Origin: Candidatus Binatia bacterium
Lineage (GTDB): Bacteria > Desulfobacterota > Binatia > HRBIN30
Direction of reading: 5' to 3'
Length of the DNA: 64,000 nt
NCBI GenBank assembly: GCA_038245295.1
Contig: JBBRSP010000002.1
Coordinates: forward strand, 64,001 to 128,000
Position numbers and translations under genes: made by a program. This document shows positions 27,093-37,087 of this stretch, in pieces (position 1 is the first letter of the stretch; the number at the start of each line of letters is the position of its first letter). A model generated the notes under the pieces. The model did no database searches, was not told the origin of the DNA, and saw only the letters and a program-made list of their open reading frames with translations.

Positions 27093-29597
27093 ATGGAGCG
27101 CATCGCAAATCGAGCCTGGCCGAAGGTTAGTTGGATGACCTGGGCCTTGGCCGCCTTCGCCACCGTGGTGACGCTGACCTGTACCGTGAATTCGCTGGCC
27201 TGGGTGCACCGTCCGTTCCCCGGCTTCTTCCTGTGGGAGAACCTCTTCGTACCATCGGTCGGCGACACCGATTGGACCGGGTACACCGCGGAAATTCCGT
27301 TCCCGGCGCAACTCCTGTCGGTCAACGGCATACCCGTGCACAGCGCCGCCGAAGTCTACACAACGGCCGCCGAGGCGCCACTGGGTAAAGACTTCCTCTA
27401 CGCGTTCAGGCAACCCGGCGAAGCAGCGCCGGTCGAACGCCACGTGGCGACCATGCGTTTCGAACGCCACGACTATGCGTTGACTCTCGGCACCTACATC
27501 AGCATCGGTGTGTTGCTCACGCTCCTCGGATTCCTCGTCTACATCCTGCGCCCCGACTCGGCGGCGGCGCGCGGGATGCTCAGCTCCGCCGCGACATGGG
27601 GACTCTACTTCGTCACCGCAGCCGACATTTTCGGACCCGCCTGGTTTCGGCCGCTGTGCCTGATCCTACAGGCATTGAGTCCTGTCACCATGCTGCATCT
27701 GGCGCTGACCTTCCCGGTCGAACGTCCCTTCTTGCAACGCCGACCTTACCTTCTACGCGGCTTGTATGGCGGTGCGGCGCTCATCGGCATCTTCGACAAC
27801 TTCCTCTTCGAGCGCTCGTTCGAGGGCACGCTGCGCATCAACCAATTGCACGGCCTCGCCTCAACGGTGGGCGGCCTCGTGCTCATCTCCATGCTGGTGC
27901 AGAGTTTCGTGTGGCCGGCATCACCGGGAGTTCGGCAGCGCATGAAGATCGCCGCCCTCGGCGCGGTCGCTGCCTTTCTTCTGCCGATTGCCGGGATCTC
28001 GTTGTTCTCGCTACTCGGGGTGACGTTTCCGCTCAACTTTCTGGCCTTGCCCCTCGCAGCCTTCCCGTTGGCGATCGGTTACGCCATTGTCAAACACGAT
28101 CTGTTCGAAGTCGACGCGTTCATTCGGCGCAGCGTCTCGTGGGCCATCCTCTCCGGGATTGTCGCCGTGATCTATCTGGGCGGCGTCGGCACACTCGAGC
28201 TGATTTTCACCGGGCGCGGCTCGCGCGTCGCACAGTTGATGTTCCTGCTGCTGATCGTTGCCGTCTTCAACCCGCTACGAAATCGCGTGCAGGCCGTCGT
28301 CGATTTCCTCTTCGCGCGCGATCGCTACGACTATCAAGCGACCGTCGACGCGGCGAGTCAGGCATTGGCGTCGCTGCTCGACGTCGACACCATTGTGCAT
28401 CGCATCCTGCATGCGATTACCGACACCATGCACATTGATTTAGGCGCCGTTTGGCTGCGTGAGGACGGCGGCTACCACCTGCAAGACCGCGCCGGCAGCC
28501 GTGTCGCTGCGGCGATTCCGTCAAACATCGCGGCGGCAAATCCGATGGTCGCCTATCTCCAGGATCGGCGGCGGCGCCTGCTGACGCCCGATCCGATCGA
28601 CGCACAAAGTCGCGACGCCAGCTCGGAGCTCGGGGCGCTTGGCCTTTCGCTGGTTGTGCCGATGCGTTTTGAAAATGAGATCATCGGGTTTGTCGGCCTC
28701 GGCGAAAAGGAGTCGGGGCACTTCTACTCCCGCGAAGATGTCGGGCTGCTGCGCACCCTGGCGAATCAAGGCGCGGTGGCCGTCGAGAACGCGCGTTCGT
28801 ACCGTGCTCTGGAGCGCGCTGGAGAAGAATTGCGCGCCGCCCAATCGCGGCTGATCGAGGCGGAGCGACTTGCCGCTATCGGCGAGCTTTCCGCCGCCGT
28901 GGCACACGGCATCCGCAACCCGCTCGCCGGCATCAAGACGGCGGCGCAAATGGCGCGCCTCGATTTGGACGAAGATAGTCCCATGCGCGAAAGTATCGAC
29001 GATATCATCGGCGAGGCGGACAAACTGGAACAGCGGATTCAGACGCTGCTGGATTTCTCCAAGCCGTTCGAGCCCCGCGTCGCCGGCTGCCGCGTCGAGG
29101 CAATCGTCGGCAGCGCCGTCGACTCGCTACAAGCCCAGATCGCCAGACAGGGCATCGAACTACGTGTCGACATCGCCAAAGATCTGCCGAGTGTCATGCT
29201 CGACCTGGCACAGATCGAACAGGTGCTGCTGGCACTGATGTCGAACGCCGCCGAGGCCATGATCGGTGCCGGCGGCAAATGGCCCGAGGGCCACACGACA
29301 AGATCGTCACCGGGCGAAGTGCCGTGGATCAGCGTCACCGCCAAGCTGTCGGCAAGGCCCAATTACGTGCACATCGACGTCGAAGACAACGGCCCAGGCA
29401 TTCCGCCTGAGATCCTGCCGCGCGTCTTCAAATTGTTCTTCACCACCAAATCGAGCGGCACCGGCTTCGGCTTGGCGGTGGCGAAGAAAATCGTCGAGAG
29501 GCACGGCGGCTCGATTGAGCTGAGCAGCCAAGTCGGCAAAGGCACCCACTTCGCCATCGAGCTGCCAACCAACCTGGCAGGGCCGGTGGAGCACTGA
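27093..29597 (+). CDS. Membrane sensor histidine kinase (PDZ-like extracellular domain, multi-TM, GAF, HisKA, HATPase)
   Basis: LLSVNGIPV PDZ-like segment, multiple TM helices, YAIVKHDLF, GAF, H-box AHGIRNPL, DNGPGI, FFTTK, GTGFGL. Confidence 0.9.
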   Translation: MERIANRAWPKVSWMTWALAAFATVVTLTCTVNSLAWVHRPFPGFFLWENLFVPSVGDTDWTGYTAEIPFPAQLLSVNGIPVHSAAEVYTTAAEAPLGKDFLYAFRQPGEAAPVERHVATMRFERHDYALTLGTYISIGVLLTLLGFLVYILRPDSAAARGMLSSAATWGLYFVTAADIFGPAWFRPLCLILQALSPVTMLHLALTFPVERPFLQRRPYLLRGLYGGAALIGIFDNFLFERSFEGTLRINQLHGLASTVGGLVLISMLVQSFVWPASPGVRQRMKIAALGAVAAFLLPIAGISLFSLLGVTFPLNFLALPLAAFPLAIGYAIVKHDLFEVDAFIRRSVSWAILSGIVAVIYLGGVGTLELIFTGRGSRVAQLMFLLLIVAVFNPLRNRVQAVVDFLFARDRYDYQATVDAASQALASLLDVDTIVHRILHAITDTMHIDLGAVWLREDGGYHLQDRAGSRVAAAIPSNIAAANPMVAYLQDRRRRLLTPDPIDAQSRDASSELGALGLSLVVPMRFENEIIGFVGLGEKESGHFYSREDVGLLRTLANQGAVAVENARSYRALERAGEELRAAQSRLIEAERLAAIGELSAAVAHGIRNPLAGIKTAAQMARLDLDEDSPMRESIDDIIGEADKLEQRIQTLLDFSKPFEPRVAGCRVEAIVGSAVDSLQAQIARQGIELRVDIAKDLPSVMLDLAQIEQVLLALMSNAAEAMIGAGGKWPEGHTTRSSPGEVPWISVTAKLSARPNYVHIDVEDNGPGIPPEILPRVFKLFFTTKSSGTGFGLAVAKKIVERHGGSIELSSQVGKGTHFAIELPTNLAGPVEH

Positions 29598-29673
29598 GCC
29601 CTGGGGTTGTGGGTCGGGCGTCGGACGTTTTGCTGACTCTGTACCCTGACCCTGAGATGTCATCCCGGCGGCG

Positions 29674-29822
29674 GAGACTGTCGATGTTCTCTGATTCATC
29701 GTTTGAAACTGCGCGAACACCTCCGTCATACCGGCGAAAGCCGGTATCTCCCCGTTGGCCTTCCACTCGAGGAGATCCCGGCTTTCGCCGGGATGACGTT
29801 ATTTCAGTTTATCGACAGTCTC
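29674..29822. mobile_element. MITE family A, complete 149-bp copy
   Basis: Perfect 12-bp TIRs GAGACTGTCGAT / ATCGACAGTCTC; two internal GTCAT-CCGGCGAAAGCCGG hairpins. Confidence 0.8.
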
Positions 29823-29969
29823 GGAGGCCGGGCTGGTTGGCCTGACTTGGTTCCGGCCACCGGCCGGGCCGTGCCATCGCTGGTCCGCCCTGCAACACTC
29901 TGCCGGGTACAACTGCTGTTTGCATCTCTCCCCACCAAGTAAGCCCCCCACATTGTAATAGAGTCGGAT

Positions 29970-29986
29970 GCGGCTAGGGTTTTGCT
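29970..29986 (+). promoter_or_regulatory. Candidate sigma-54 promoter for the secreted-protein genes
   Basis: GCGGCTAGGGTTTTGCT has GG-N10-GC spacing and ends TTGCT, ~40 bp before GTG 30024. Confidence 0.45.
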
Positions 29987-30023
29987 TCTCCTACGTAATA
30001 TTCCGGGAATCGAGGTACAAACC

Positions 30024-30503
30024 GTGCAAACTATTACATTGAGCAGGCCGACCAGGTGGGGCATCTCCCCCAATCTGCGGCATTTGGCTCTGTTTCTGGC
30101 GCTCATCCTGCTGTTTGGCGCTTCGCAGACCTACGCTGCGTATACCGAACCGCGTTTCGCTCTGACTCGAGTTTCCTCGTTCGCTTCTTCGACTGGCCGT
30201 CTGACCCTCAAAGTCGAAGGCAGCTTCAGCTTCGCCGATGCCCTGCAACTCGGCATGCCTCTGAGTGTCGTGGTCACCCAGGGGACGGTTAGCGGCCGTT
30301 TCGATCTGCTCGGCAATGCTTTTGTCAGTCTTTCCGGCGGACCAGAGCAAGCCGCGCCACCACCGGGAGTGGTCGCCGTGGCGCAACGCGAGATCACCGT
30401 GGTCCTACCGTCCAACTTCACAGCAGGCGCCGCGCAAATTCGCGTCCTTGCGAGTTACGATGGCAAGCAACTGGCCAGCAACCAATTGAGTGTCACCCTA
30501 TGA
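30024..30503 (+). CDS. Hypothetical secreted beta-rich protein
   Basis: Hydrophobic signal LALFLALILLFGASQTYA|AY; ATGA overlap with the next gene. Confidence 0.7.
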   Translation: MQTITLSRPTRWGISPNLRHLALFLALILLFGASQTYAAYTEPRFALTRVSSFASSTGRLTLKVEGSFSFADALQLGMPLSVVVTQGTVSGRFDLLGNAFVSLSGGPEQAAPPPGVVAVAQREITVVLPSNFTAGAAQIRVLASYDGKQLASNQLSVTL

Positions 30504-32689
30504 AATCCCTACGGCGCATTGCTTCGCTCATCGCTGCCCTTGCGGTGATTCCATCGCTGGGCTCGGCGCTTAGCGTCGTCTTCGACGGCGACCCGGTGTC
30601 ACCCAGCAGCGGATTGCCTTACGAGATCCTGCCGGGTTTTCCGCTCATCCAGCCCGGCCTCGATGGTATCCTTGGCACCCCCGACGACACCATCAACCCG
30701 GCGATTACGGGTGACATCGACATGGTCGTGCGCAGTGGCTCCCCCGCTGCGACTGCCATCATCGGACCACCAACGGTCCACAGCGGCCCGTTACCGAGCG
30801 TCACGGCTGGATCAACGGCCGCTGGTGGAACCACCTTGGCGTTCACGGTGTTCCTATCGGACGGCATTACGAGCGTCGCCGCTCCTTACGGCAACCTGCT
30901 GGCGGCGGCCGATATGGACGGCATTCCGGTCATCGTCGCCGCCTTCGCGGATCTCGATAACGATGGTTTCATCGGTCCGACCGATGTCGTCTGCGAAGGG
31001 TCAGTGGCCTGCAGCCGTCAGGTGCGGGAGCTCGAGCCAGTCGGCCGCGGTGTCGCCCTCTTCAGTGGTGGCGTGGCACGCGGCAGCCTGTCCGTTTCCG
31101 TTGGTCGTCCAGCCGGCCAAGGCGGCCTGAAAATCGTTCTCGGAGCCCTGTCGTTGACCGGCCCGTTCGATCCAAACGTCTTCAGCGGCAACATCCCAAG
31201 CGGTCCGGCGATCGCGTCAGCGCTGCCTTTCCTGCCGCAACGTGATCTCAGTCGCTTGTTGCGCGACCGGGCGGTGCCGGTTGGACCGGCGACCACCATG
31301 CAATCGTTCGTGCAGTTTGCGGAAATGCCGCGTCTGAGCGACAGCCCACTCTTTGCGCTGCCGACGGACGGTAGTTCCGCGACAAACGATGTAGCACTAG
31401 CGATTTCACAACCGAGCACACGAGCCGCGCTGTACGAATCGCTGCCCGGCAAACTCCTGCCCCAGATGGTCGGTGAGATCGTACTGGGAACGGACAACAA
31501 GTCGCGCAAGAAGACCCTGCGTCTGGTGCCTGTGGATCGCTACGGCAATCCCGCCGATCCGGCGCTGGGAAATACCTTCACTCTCACGACAACGGGACCC
31601 CTGCTCGTTCGGCGTCCGAGCGCCGCGCGACAGGCGCCCGGCGTGACGCTGACCAGCACCAATGGCAAGACGGTTGGTGTTGAGGTCCCCAAGAACACGC
31701 CCGACGGTGTCAGCGGATCGCTCATGGTCGAATCGAACGGCGTGGTTGTGGCGGCAGTGGCCTATCGCGTCGACGTACGAGCCAACACGGTGCGACCCGA
31801 CGTGACGGTTCCAAGCCGCAACGCGCCGACGATTCAGGCCGCCATCAACACGGTCACCGACCGTAATGGTGACGGCGCCATGGTGGTGGCCGTGAAGCCG
31901 GGCGTCTACCGCGAAAACGTCAGCCTCAACCGCTCGGTCGTCGTACGCGGCTACGATTGTCGCCGCACCTTGATTCAAGGCGATGGCGGCACGGCCGTGG
32001 TTTCGGTCGGCGCGGCGAATAGCACTCTCCAGGATCTCACCGTCGTCGGCGGTACGACCGGGGTCAGTGTCTCCGGCTCAACCGCGCTGCTGTCCAACGT
32101 TCGCGCCTTCCGCAATCTCGGTGCCGGCATCAGTGTGGCGGCGACCGGCGCAGAATTGTTTTGTTCCGAGGCCGAGCAAAACGGCGGGCCCGGAGTGACG
32201 ATGACGGCGGCCAATCAATCGAGCATCAGCCAGAGCCGTCTGCTCGACAACAGCGGCGTCGGCGGCTCGCTGCTCAGCCTGCAGTCGGTGATCGTCGACA
32301 ACAATTGGATCGGCGACAATGGGCAAGGTGGCTTGGCCATGACCTCGGTCAATTCGAGCCAGATCACCAACAACCGCATTGCCAACAATTTTACCCCAGC
32401 GGTTGTCACGGGCGACGATGTTGGACAAGGAATCGGCCTCATCTCCGGCTCCGACGATCAGATCACCGGCAACGTCTCGGTGTTCAACGACGGCGATGCC
32501 ATGCATTTCGATCAAACGAGCAACCTGCTGGTCTCCGGCAACAACGGCGACACCAACCAGGGCTACTGCATCTATGCTCGCCGCGGCACAAACGATGACT
32601 ACGCGGCCGCCGCGGGCATCCAGACGCCGCGAGGCGACAACATCTGCACCAACAACAAAAAGGGCGACGTCTTCATTCGCACGAAATGA
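30500..32689 (+). CDS. Secreted protein with C-terminal right-handed parallel beta-helix (NosD/pectin-lyase-like)
   Basis: Signal peptide; GLDGILGTPDD and DLDNDGFIG Ca-binding-like loops; TIQAAI...VKPGVYREN, then N/G-rich beta-helix repeats. Confidence 0.8.
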   Translation: MKSLRRIASLIAALAVIPSLGSALSVVFDGDPVSPSSGLPYEILPGFPLIQPGLDGILGTPDDTINPAITGDIDMVVRSGSPAATAIIGPPTVHSGPLPSVTAGSTAAGGTTLAFTVFLSDGITSVAAPYGNLLAAADMDGIPVIVAAFADLDNDGFIGPTDVVCEGSVACSRQVRELEPVGRGVALFSGGVARGSLSVSVGRPAGQGGLKIVLGALSLTGPFDPNVFSGNIPSGPAIASALPFLPQRDLSRLLRDRAVPVGPATTMQSFVQFAEMPRLSDSPLFALPTDGSSATNDVALAISQPSTRAALYESLPGKLLPQMVGEIVLGTDNKSRKKTLRLVPVDRYGNPADPALGNTFTLTTTGPLLVRRPSAARQAPGVTLTSTNGKTVGVEVPKNTPDGVSGSLMVESNGVVVAAVAYRVDVRANTVRPDVTVPSRNAPTIQAAINTVTDRNGDGAMVVAVKPGVYRENVSLNRSVVVRGYDCRRTLIQGDGGTAVVSVGAANSTLQDLTVVGGTTGVSVSGSTALLSNVRAFRNLGAGISVAATGAELFCSEAEQNGGPGVTMTAANQSSISQSRLLDNSGVGGSLLSLQSVIVDNNWIGDNGQGGLAMTSVNSSQITNNRIANNFTPAVVTGDDVGQGIGLISGSDDQITGNVSVFNDGDAMHFDQTSNLLVSGNNGDTNQGYCIYARRGTNDDYAAAAGIQTPRGDNICTNNKKGDVFIRTK

Positions 32690-32760
32690 GACCCAAGCAT
32701 CGATGCAGGCTCGGTCTCATGGTGTGAGCGAAACACCCGAGCACCCGACACGATAACACC

Positions 32761-32917
32761 TGATCGCGCGTTTGAAGGCGTACAAACACCTCGGTCATTC
32801 CGGCGAAAGCCGGAATCTCGCCAGCTTTCGAGGCTTCCAGCACCGGGAGATCCCGGCTTTCGCCGGGATGACGGGGTGGCATCCGAGTCTATCGACAGTC
32901 TCCTTCGCCGGGATGAC
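32761..32917 (-). mobile_element. MITE family A copy (one TIR recognised)
   Basis: GTCATTCCGGCGAAAGCCGGAATC...GATCCCGGCTTTCGCCGGGATGAC...ATCGACAGTCTC followed by a REP half. Confidence 0.7.
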
Positions 32918-33021
32918 GTGACTCGTGCGGCAGAGATCGAAATGACCCATTACCCGGCAATGAATCTTAATCGGCTTTGCCGCGCACCTGTGGTACTCGA
33001 CCGGCTCCAAGGAGAGTCCAC

Positions 33022-34829
33022 ATGCGAACCGTCCGCCGCGTCATTCGTTCCAGTCGCGCCATCGGCTTCCTGACATTGCTCGGTCTGCTCCTGCCGTTGC
33101 ACCAGGCCGCGGCGCTTACCAGCGCCTTCACCTACCAAGGCAATCTCGAGCTCAGCGGCCAACCGGCGAGCGGCAACTGTGATTTCGAATTCACACTGTG
33201 GGATGCGGCCGGAGCGGGAGCGCCACCGGCCGGCGGTAATCAACTTGGTGCGCCACAATCTCCTGGGAATGTCGCGGTCAGCAACGGTGTCTTCTCCACG
33301 GTCCTCAACTTCGGCGCCAATGCCTTCGACGGCAGTGATCGCTGGCTGCAGGTCGCCGCCCGTTGCCCGGCTGGTGCCGATGCTTTTACGACGTTGAGCC
33401 CACGCCAGCAACTTACGCCATCCCCCTATGCACGCTTCGCCGACAACGCCGGTGGTCTGCAGTGCAGCGGTTGTGTCTCGTCCACCGACTTGGCCGACGG
33501 CTCGATCGTCGCCGGCAAGATCGGTGCGAACGCGATCGGCCTGAGTGAGATCGATCCGGCGATCGTCCAGCGCCGCGTCACCGGCCAATGCGCCGTCGGC
33601 GCCGTCAGTCAGATCAATCAGGATGGCAGCGTCGTTTGCGCCGTGCCATCCGGCGATATCAGCGCCGTCAATGCGGGAGCCGGCCTCACCGGCGGCGGCA
33701 GCAGCGGCGACGTAACCTTGAATGCCAACTTCGCCGGCTCCGGCGCCGCCTTGACTGTGTCGCACAGCGATCATGATCATTACGGACAATCGTGGACCGG
33801 CGGCGGCAGCTTCGGCCTCACGGTGTCCAATGGCCAAGCCGATGCCACCGGCATCTCGGCTCATGCCGACAGCGGCACCGGCGCCATCGGCCTCTACGGC
33901 GCGGCGCAGTCGGGAAGTGGTCTATACGGATTCTCCGCCAGCAAACTTGGCGTCTATGGGCAGTCGACGAGCGGTGTCGGTGTGCGTGGTTCGTCGACGA
34001 GCAACTTCGGTGTTCTCGGCGAAACATTCAGCAACAGCCAGGCTGGCGTCCGCGGCAACGGCAACGGACTGTCGGCAATCGGTGTCCAGGGGGCCGGCAA
34101 CGGCACCGGTAGCGTCGGCGTGCGCGGCGACGGTGACAGCATTGGCACGTCCGGCACCAGCAACACGGGCTTCGGTGTGCGCGGCGAGAGCCAGAGCTCG
34201 GTTGGTGTGTACGGTCAGACAAACGCATCGCGTGTCAACAACGGCGTCGGCGTGTTCGGCAGCGCCCCGCCGAGCGACGGTGTTGGGGTGATTGGCTTCG
34301 CTCCAACCGGCGCCCTCGCGCGCGGTGTCTGGGGAACCTCGACGGACGGAACAGATGTCTACGGTGATTCCTCCACCGGGATTGGAGTCATCGGCGATTC
34401 CAATTCGAGCACGGGTGTAGCGGGCAGCCGGCCAACAAGTATCTGTCGCACTCGTTCGTCGAGAGCCCGGACATGAAGAACATCTACGATGGCAACGCGA
34501 CACTCGATGCCAATGGCGAGGCGCTGGTGCAACTACCGGCTTGGTTTGAGGCACTCAATCAGGACTTCCGTTACCAGCTCACGTGTATCGGCGGCTTCGC
34601 CCCGGTCTTCATCGCCAGCGAGATCGGCAACAATCAATTCCGGATCGGCGGCGGCACACCCGGGATGAAGGTGTCGTGGCAGGTGACCGGCACGCGCCAC
34701 GATGCCTACGCCAACGCACATCGTATTCCGGTGGAAGAGGCCAAGACAGCGGCCGAGGCTGGTCACTACATGCATCCAGGCGAAGCGGGGCAGCCCGATT
34801 CGATGGGCATGAAAACGGCGGAAAAGTAA
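33022..34829 (+). pseudogene. Secreted phage-tail-fibre-like protein split by a deletion/frameshift near 34428
   Basis: Signal peptide, FTYQG...FTLWDA...WLQVA...[13 protein letters not shown] head domain, many G(V/L)xG repeats; the -1 frame continues [22 protein letters not shown]...LPAWFEALN...YQLT...WQVTGTRHD. Confidence 0.75.
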
Positions 34830-34851
34830 GCGGCGGCTTCAGGAGTCGTAC

Positions 34852-35601
34852 ATGCGATCCACTCTTTTCCTCACGATAGCGTTGTGGTGTGCCGCCATGC
34901 CGGCAGCGGCGCAAAGCGGCGGCGCCTACAATATTGTCCGCAGCAGCGTCGCCGGCGGCGGCGGCACGTCGAGCGGCGGCGTGTTCGTCCTCGGTGGCAC
35001 CAGCGGTCAGGCCGATGCCGGTACCCTTGGCGCGCGTGGCATCGATCTGCAGGGCGGCTTCTGGGGCGGCGCCGCCGCTGTTGCGATGGCGACACCCACG
35101 ATGTCTGCCACATCCACACGCACGCCAACTGGTACACAAGCGGCCACCGGGACGCCGACCCATACGGCGAATCCTACAGCGACGGCAACGCTGCCCGCCG
35201 TCGCAACGTCAACGCCGACCTCGATGGCCGTGGCATCGGCTACTTTGACCCAGACCACAGCTCCGTCCGTAACACCGACACGCACGGCGACCACCGTAAC
35301 GGCGACCACCACGCGAACGGCCACGCCATCCAATACTGCGGTCGGCTCATCACCTACCGCAACGCAAACCGAAACAGCGTCGCCGACCGCGACATCAACC
35401 CCTGTCGCGCCGCCGGCCTGCGCCGGTGACTGCAACAACGATGGCGAGGTGACCGTCGATGAACTGTTGCGCCTCGTGAACATTGCACTTGGACAACAGC
35501 CCGTGAGCGTCTGTCTCGCCGGCGACACAGGGATGGACGGCGAAATTACCATTGATGAAATACTCACGGCGGTGAATCGGGCGCTCGCGGGATGCGGATG
35601 A
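34852..35601 (+). CDS. Secreted protein: GGFW-type N-domain, Thr/Pro linker, C-terminal dockerin-like duplicated EF-hand domain
   Basis: AAA|QSGGAY...GGGGTSSGG...GQADAG...QGGFW; ~110 aa T/P/A linker; CAGDCNNDGEVTVDELL...GDTGMDGEITIDEILTAVNRALAGC. Confidence 0.8.
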   Translation: MRSTLFLTIALWCAAMPAAAQSGGAYNIVRSSVAGGGGTSSGGVFVLGGTSGQADAGTLGARGIDLQGGFWGGAAAVAMATPTMSATSTRTPTGTQAATGTPTHTANPTATATLPAVATSTPTSMAVASATLTQTTAPSVTPTRTATTVTATTTRTATPSNTAVGSSPTATQTETASPTATSTPVAPPACAGDCNNDGEVTVDELLRLVNIALGQQPVSVCLAGDTGMDGEITIDEILTAVNRALAGCG

Positions 35602-35638
35602 CAACGACCCGACACGGCCCAAATGGCCAAATGATCTG

Positions 35639-36160
35639 ATGGCCATCCTTGCGATCAACGGCCACACCCCGCGTATCGATCCATCGGCCTGGGTCCACAG
35701 CAGCGCGCAGATCATCGGCGATGTCGAAATCGGCGCGCAGTCGAGCATCTGGTTCAACACCGTCGTGCGCGGCGATCGTCACGCCATCCGAATCGGCGCC
35801 CGTACCAACATCCAAGACAACTCGACGGTCCACATTACCGCCGATCGCTGTGGCACCTCCATTGGCGATGATGTCACCGCCGGCCACAACGTCATCCTGC
35901 ACGCCTGTTCCATCGCCGATCGTTGTTTGATCGGCATGGGCGCCATCATCATGGACGGCGTAGAGGTCGGCGCCGATTGTCTGATCGCCGCCGGGGCGCT
36001 GCTGACACCCGGCACCAAGATCCTACCGGGGCACCTCGTCGTCGGCAGCCCGGCACGTGTGGCGCGACCGCTACGCCCGGAGGAAGTCGCGGAGCTTCTC
36101 GTCTCGGCATCAAACTACGTCGAGAACGCACGCACCTTTCGCGCCGCCGGGATCGTCTGA
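35639..36160 (+). CDS. Gamma-carbonic anhydrase family protein (YrdA/CaiE-like)
   Basis: IIGDVEIG, SIWFNTVVRGD, TNIQDNSTVH, GHNVILHAC hexapeptide repeats. Confidence 0.93.
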   Translation: MAILAINGHTPRIDPSAWVHSSAQIIGDVEIGAQSSIWFNTVVRGDRHAIRIGARTNIQDNSTVHITADRCGTSIGDDVTAGHNVILHACSIADRCLIGMGAIIMDGVEVGADCLIAAGALLTPGTKILPGHLVVGSPARVARPLRPEEVAELLVSASNYVENARTFRAAGIV

Positions 36161-36215
36161 GTCTATCCGTCGAGCCGCTCCTCTCGACTGGCGACTCTCA
36201 ACTCACCAACTAGCG

Positions 36216-37019
36216 TTAGCAGCCAACACCGAGCAGGAAGTCCAGCACGGTGCGATTGAACTCTACCGGCTGGTCGAGATTGCTCAGGTGTGCCGCATCG
36301 GCCAGACGCACGAACTTGGCGCCCGGGATACGCGCCGCGATGTCTTCCGACAGACTCGGCGTCGTCGTGATGTCTTGCTCGCCGACCAGCACCAGCGTTG
36401 GGACGCGAATTTCGGCGATGCGATCGGCAACGCCGAAGGTCAGCGCGGCGCGTGCCGCCTGGACGTATGACGGTTTGTCATTCGTCGCCACCTGATCAAT
36501 GAAGTGGCTGCGCATCACCGGGTCGACCGCCCTGGCGAACGCCGCGGTGATGCGTATCTTGGCGATGTCCGCCATCGTGTTGTCGTCGATGAACTGGAGA
36601 GCGGCGTCCATGGCCGGGCGCATCTCCGGCGGCACCGCCGCAAAGGTATCAGCCAGCACCAGGGAGGCGATGGCAAGCGGAAAGTCGACCGCCATCTGCT
36701 GCGCCACCATTCCGCCGAGGGAAAGGCCGACGACGTGCGCGCGCTCGACTCCTTGCTCCCGCAGTAAGCGAACGATGTCGCGCGCCATGTCGGCAACCGT
36801 GAACGGCGTTTGGTGCAAACTCGACTGTCCGTGGCCGCGCAGATCCAGAGTGATCACGGAGAAGCGCTGGCTGAAGTCCGGCACCTGGTACAGCCACATC
36901 GCGTGGCTGCCACCCAGCCCATGAATCAACACCACCGGCGCCCGCCCGCTCTTCCATGGCTCGGTGTAATCAATCAGCTCGAAATACAGGGACACATCAC
37001 CAACGGGCTGCAACGGCAT
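36216..37019 (-). CDS. Alpha/beta fold hydrolase (PcaD-like)
   Basis: IHGLGG, DLRGHGQS, GLSLGG, GEQD, AAHLSN. Confidence 0.9.
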   Translation of the reverse strand: MPLQPVGDVSLYFELIDYTEPWKSGRAPVVLIHGLGGSHAMWLYQVPDFSQRFSVITLDLRGHGQSSLHQTPFTVADMARDIVRLLREQGVERAHVVGLSLGGMVAQQMAVDFPLAIASLVLADTFAAVPPEMRPAMDAALQFIDDNTMADIAKIRITAAFARAVDPVMRSHFIDQVATNDKPSYVQAARAALTFGVADRIAEIRVPTLVLVGEQDITTTPSLSEDIAARIPGAKFVRLADAAHLSNLDQPVEFNRTVLDFLLGVGC

Positions 37020-37087
37020 GGCTCGGGAATCCTCCGCGGCGCGGTGTAGAACAGGCGTTGCAAGGCGGCAAGCAGGACGCCGGGCGG

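Noticed and set aside
34420..34440. Programmed -1 ribosomal frameshift in the fibre gene
   Set aside because: No slippery heptamer, and conserved residues appear to be missing, which favours a deletion.
33022..34829. Prophage interpretation of the tail-fibre-like gene
   Set aside because: It has a Sec signal peptide and no integrase, capsid, terminase or other tail genes nearby.
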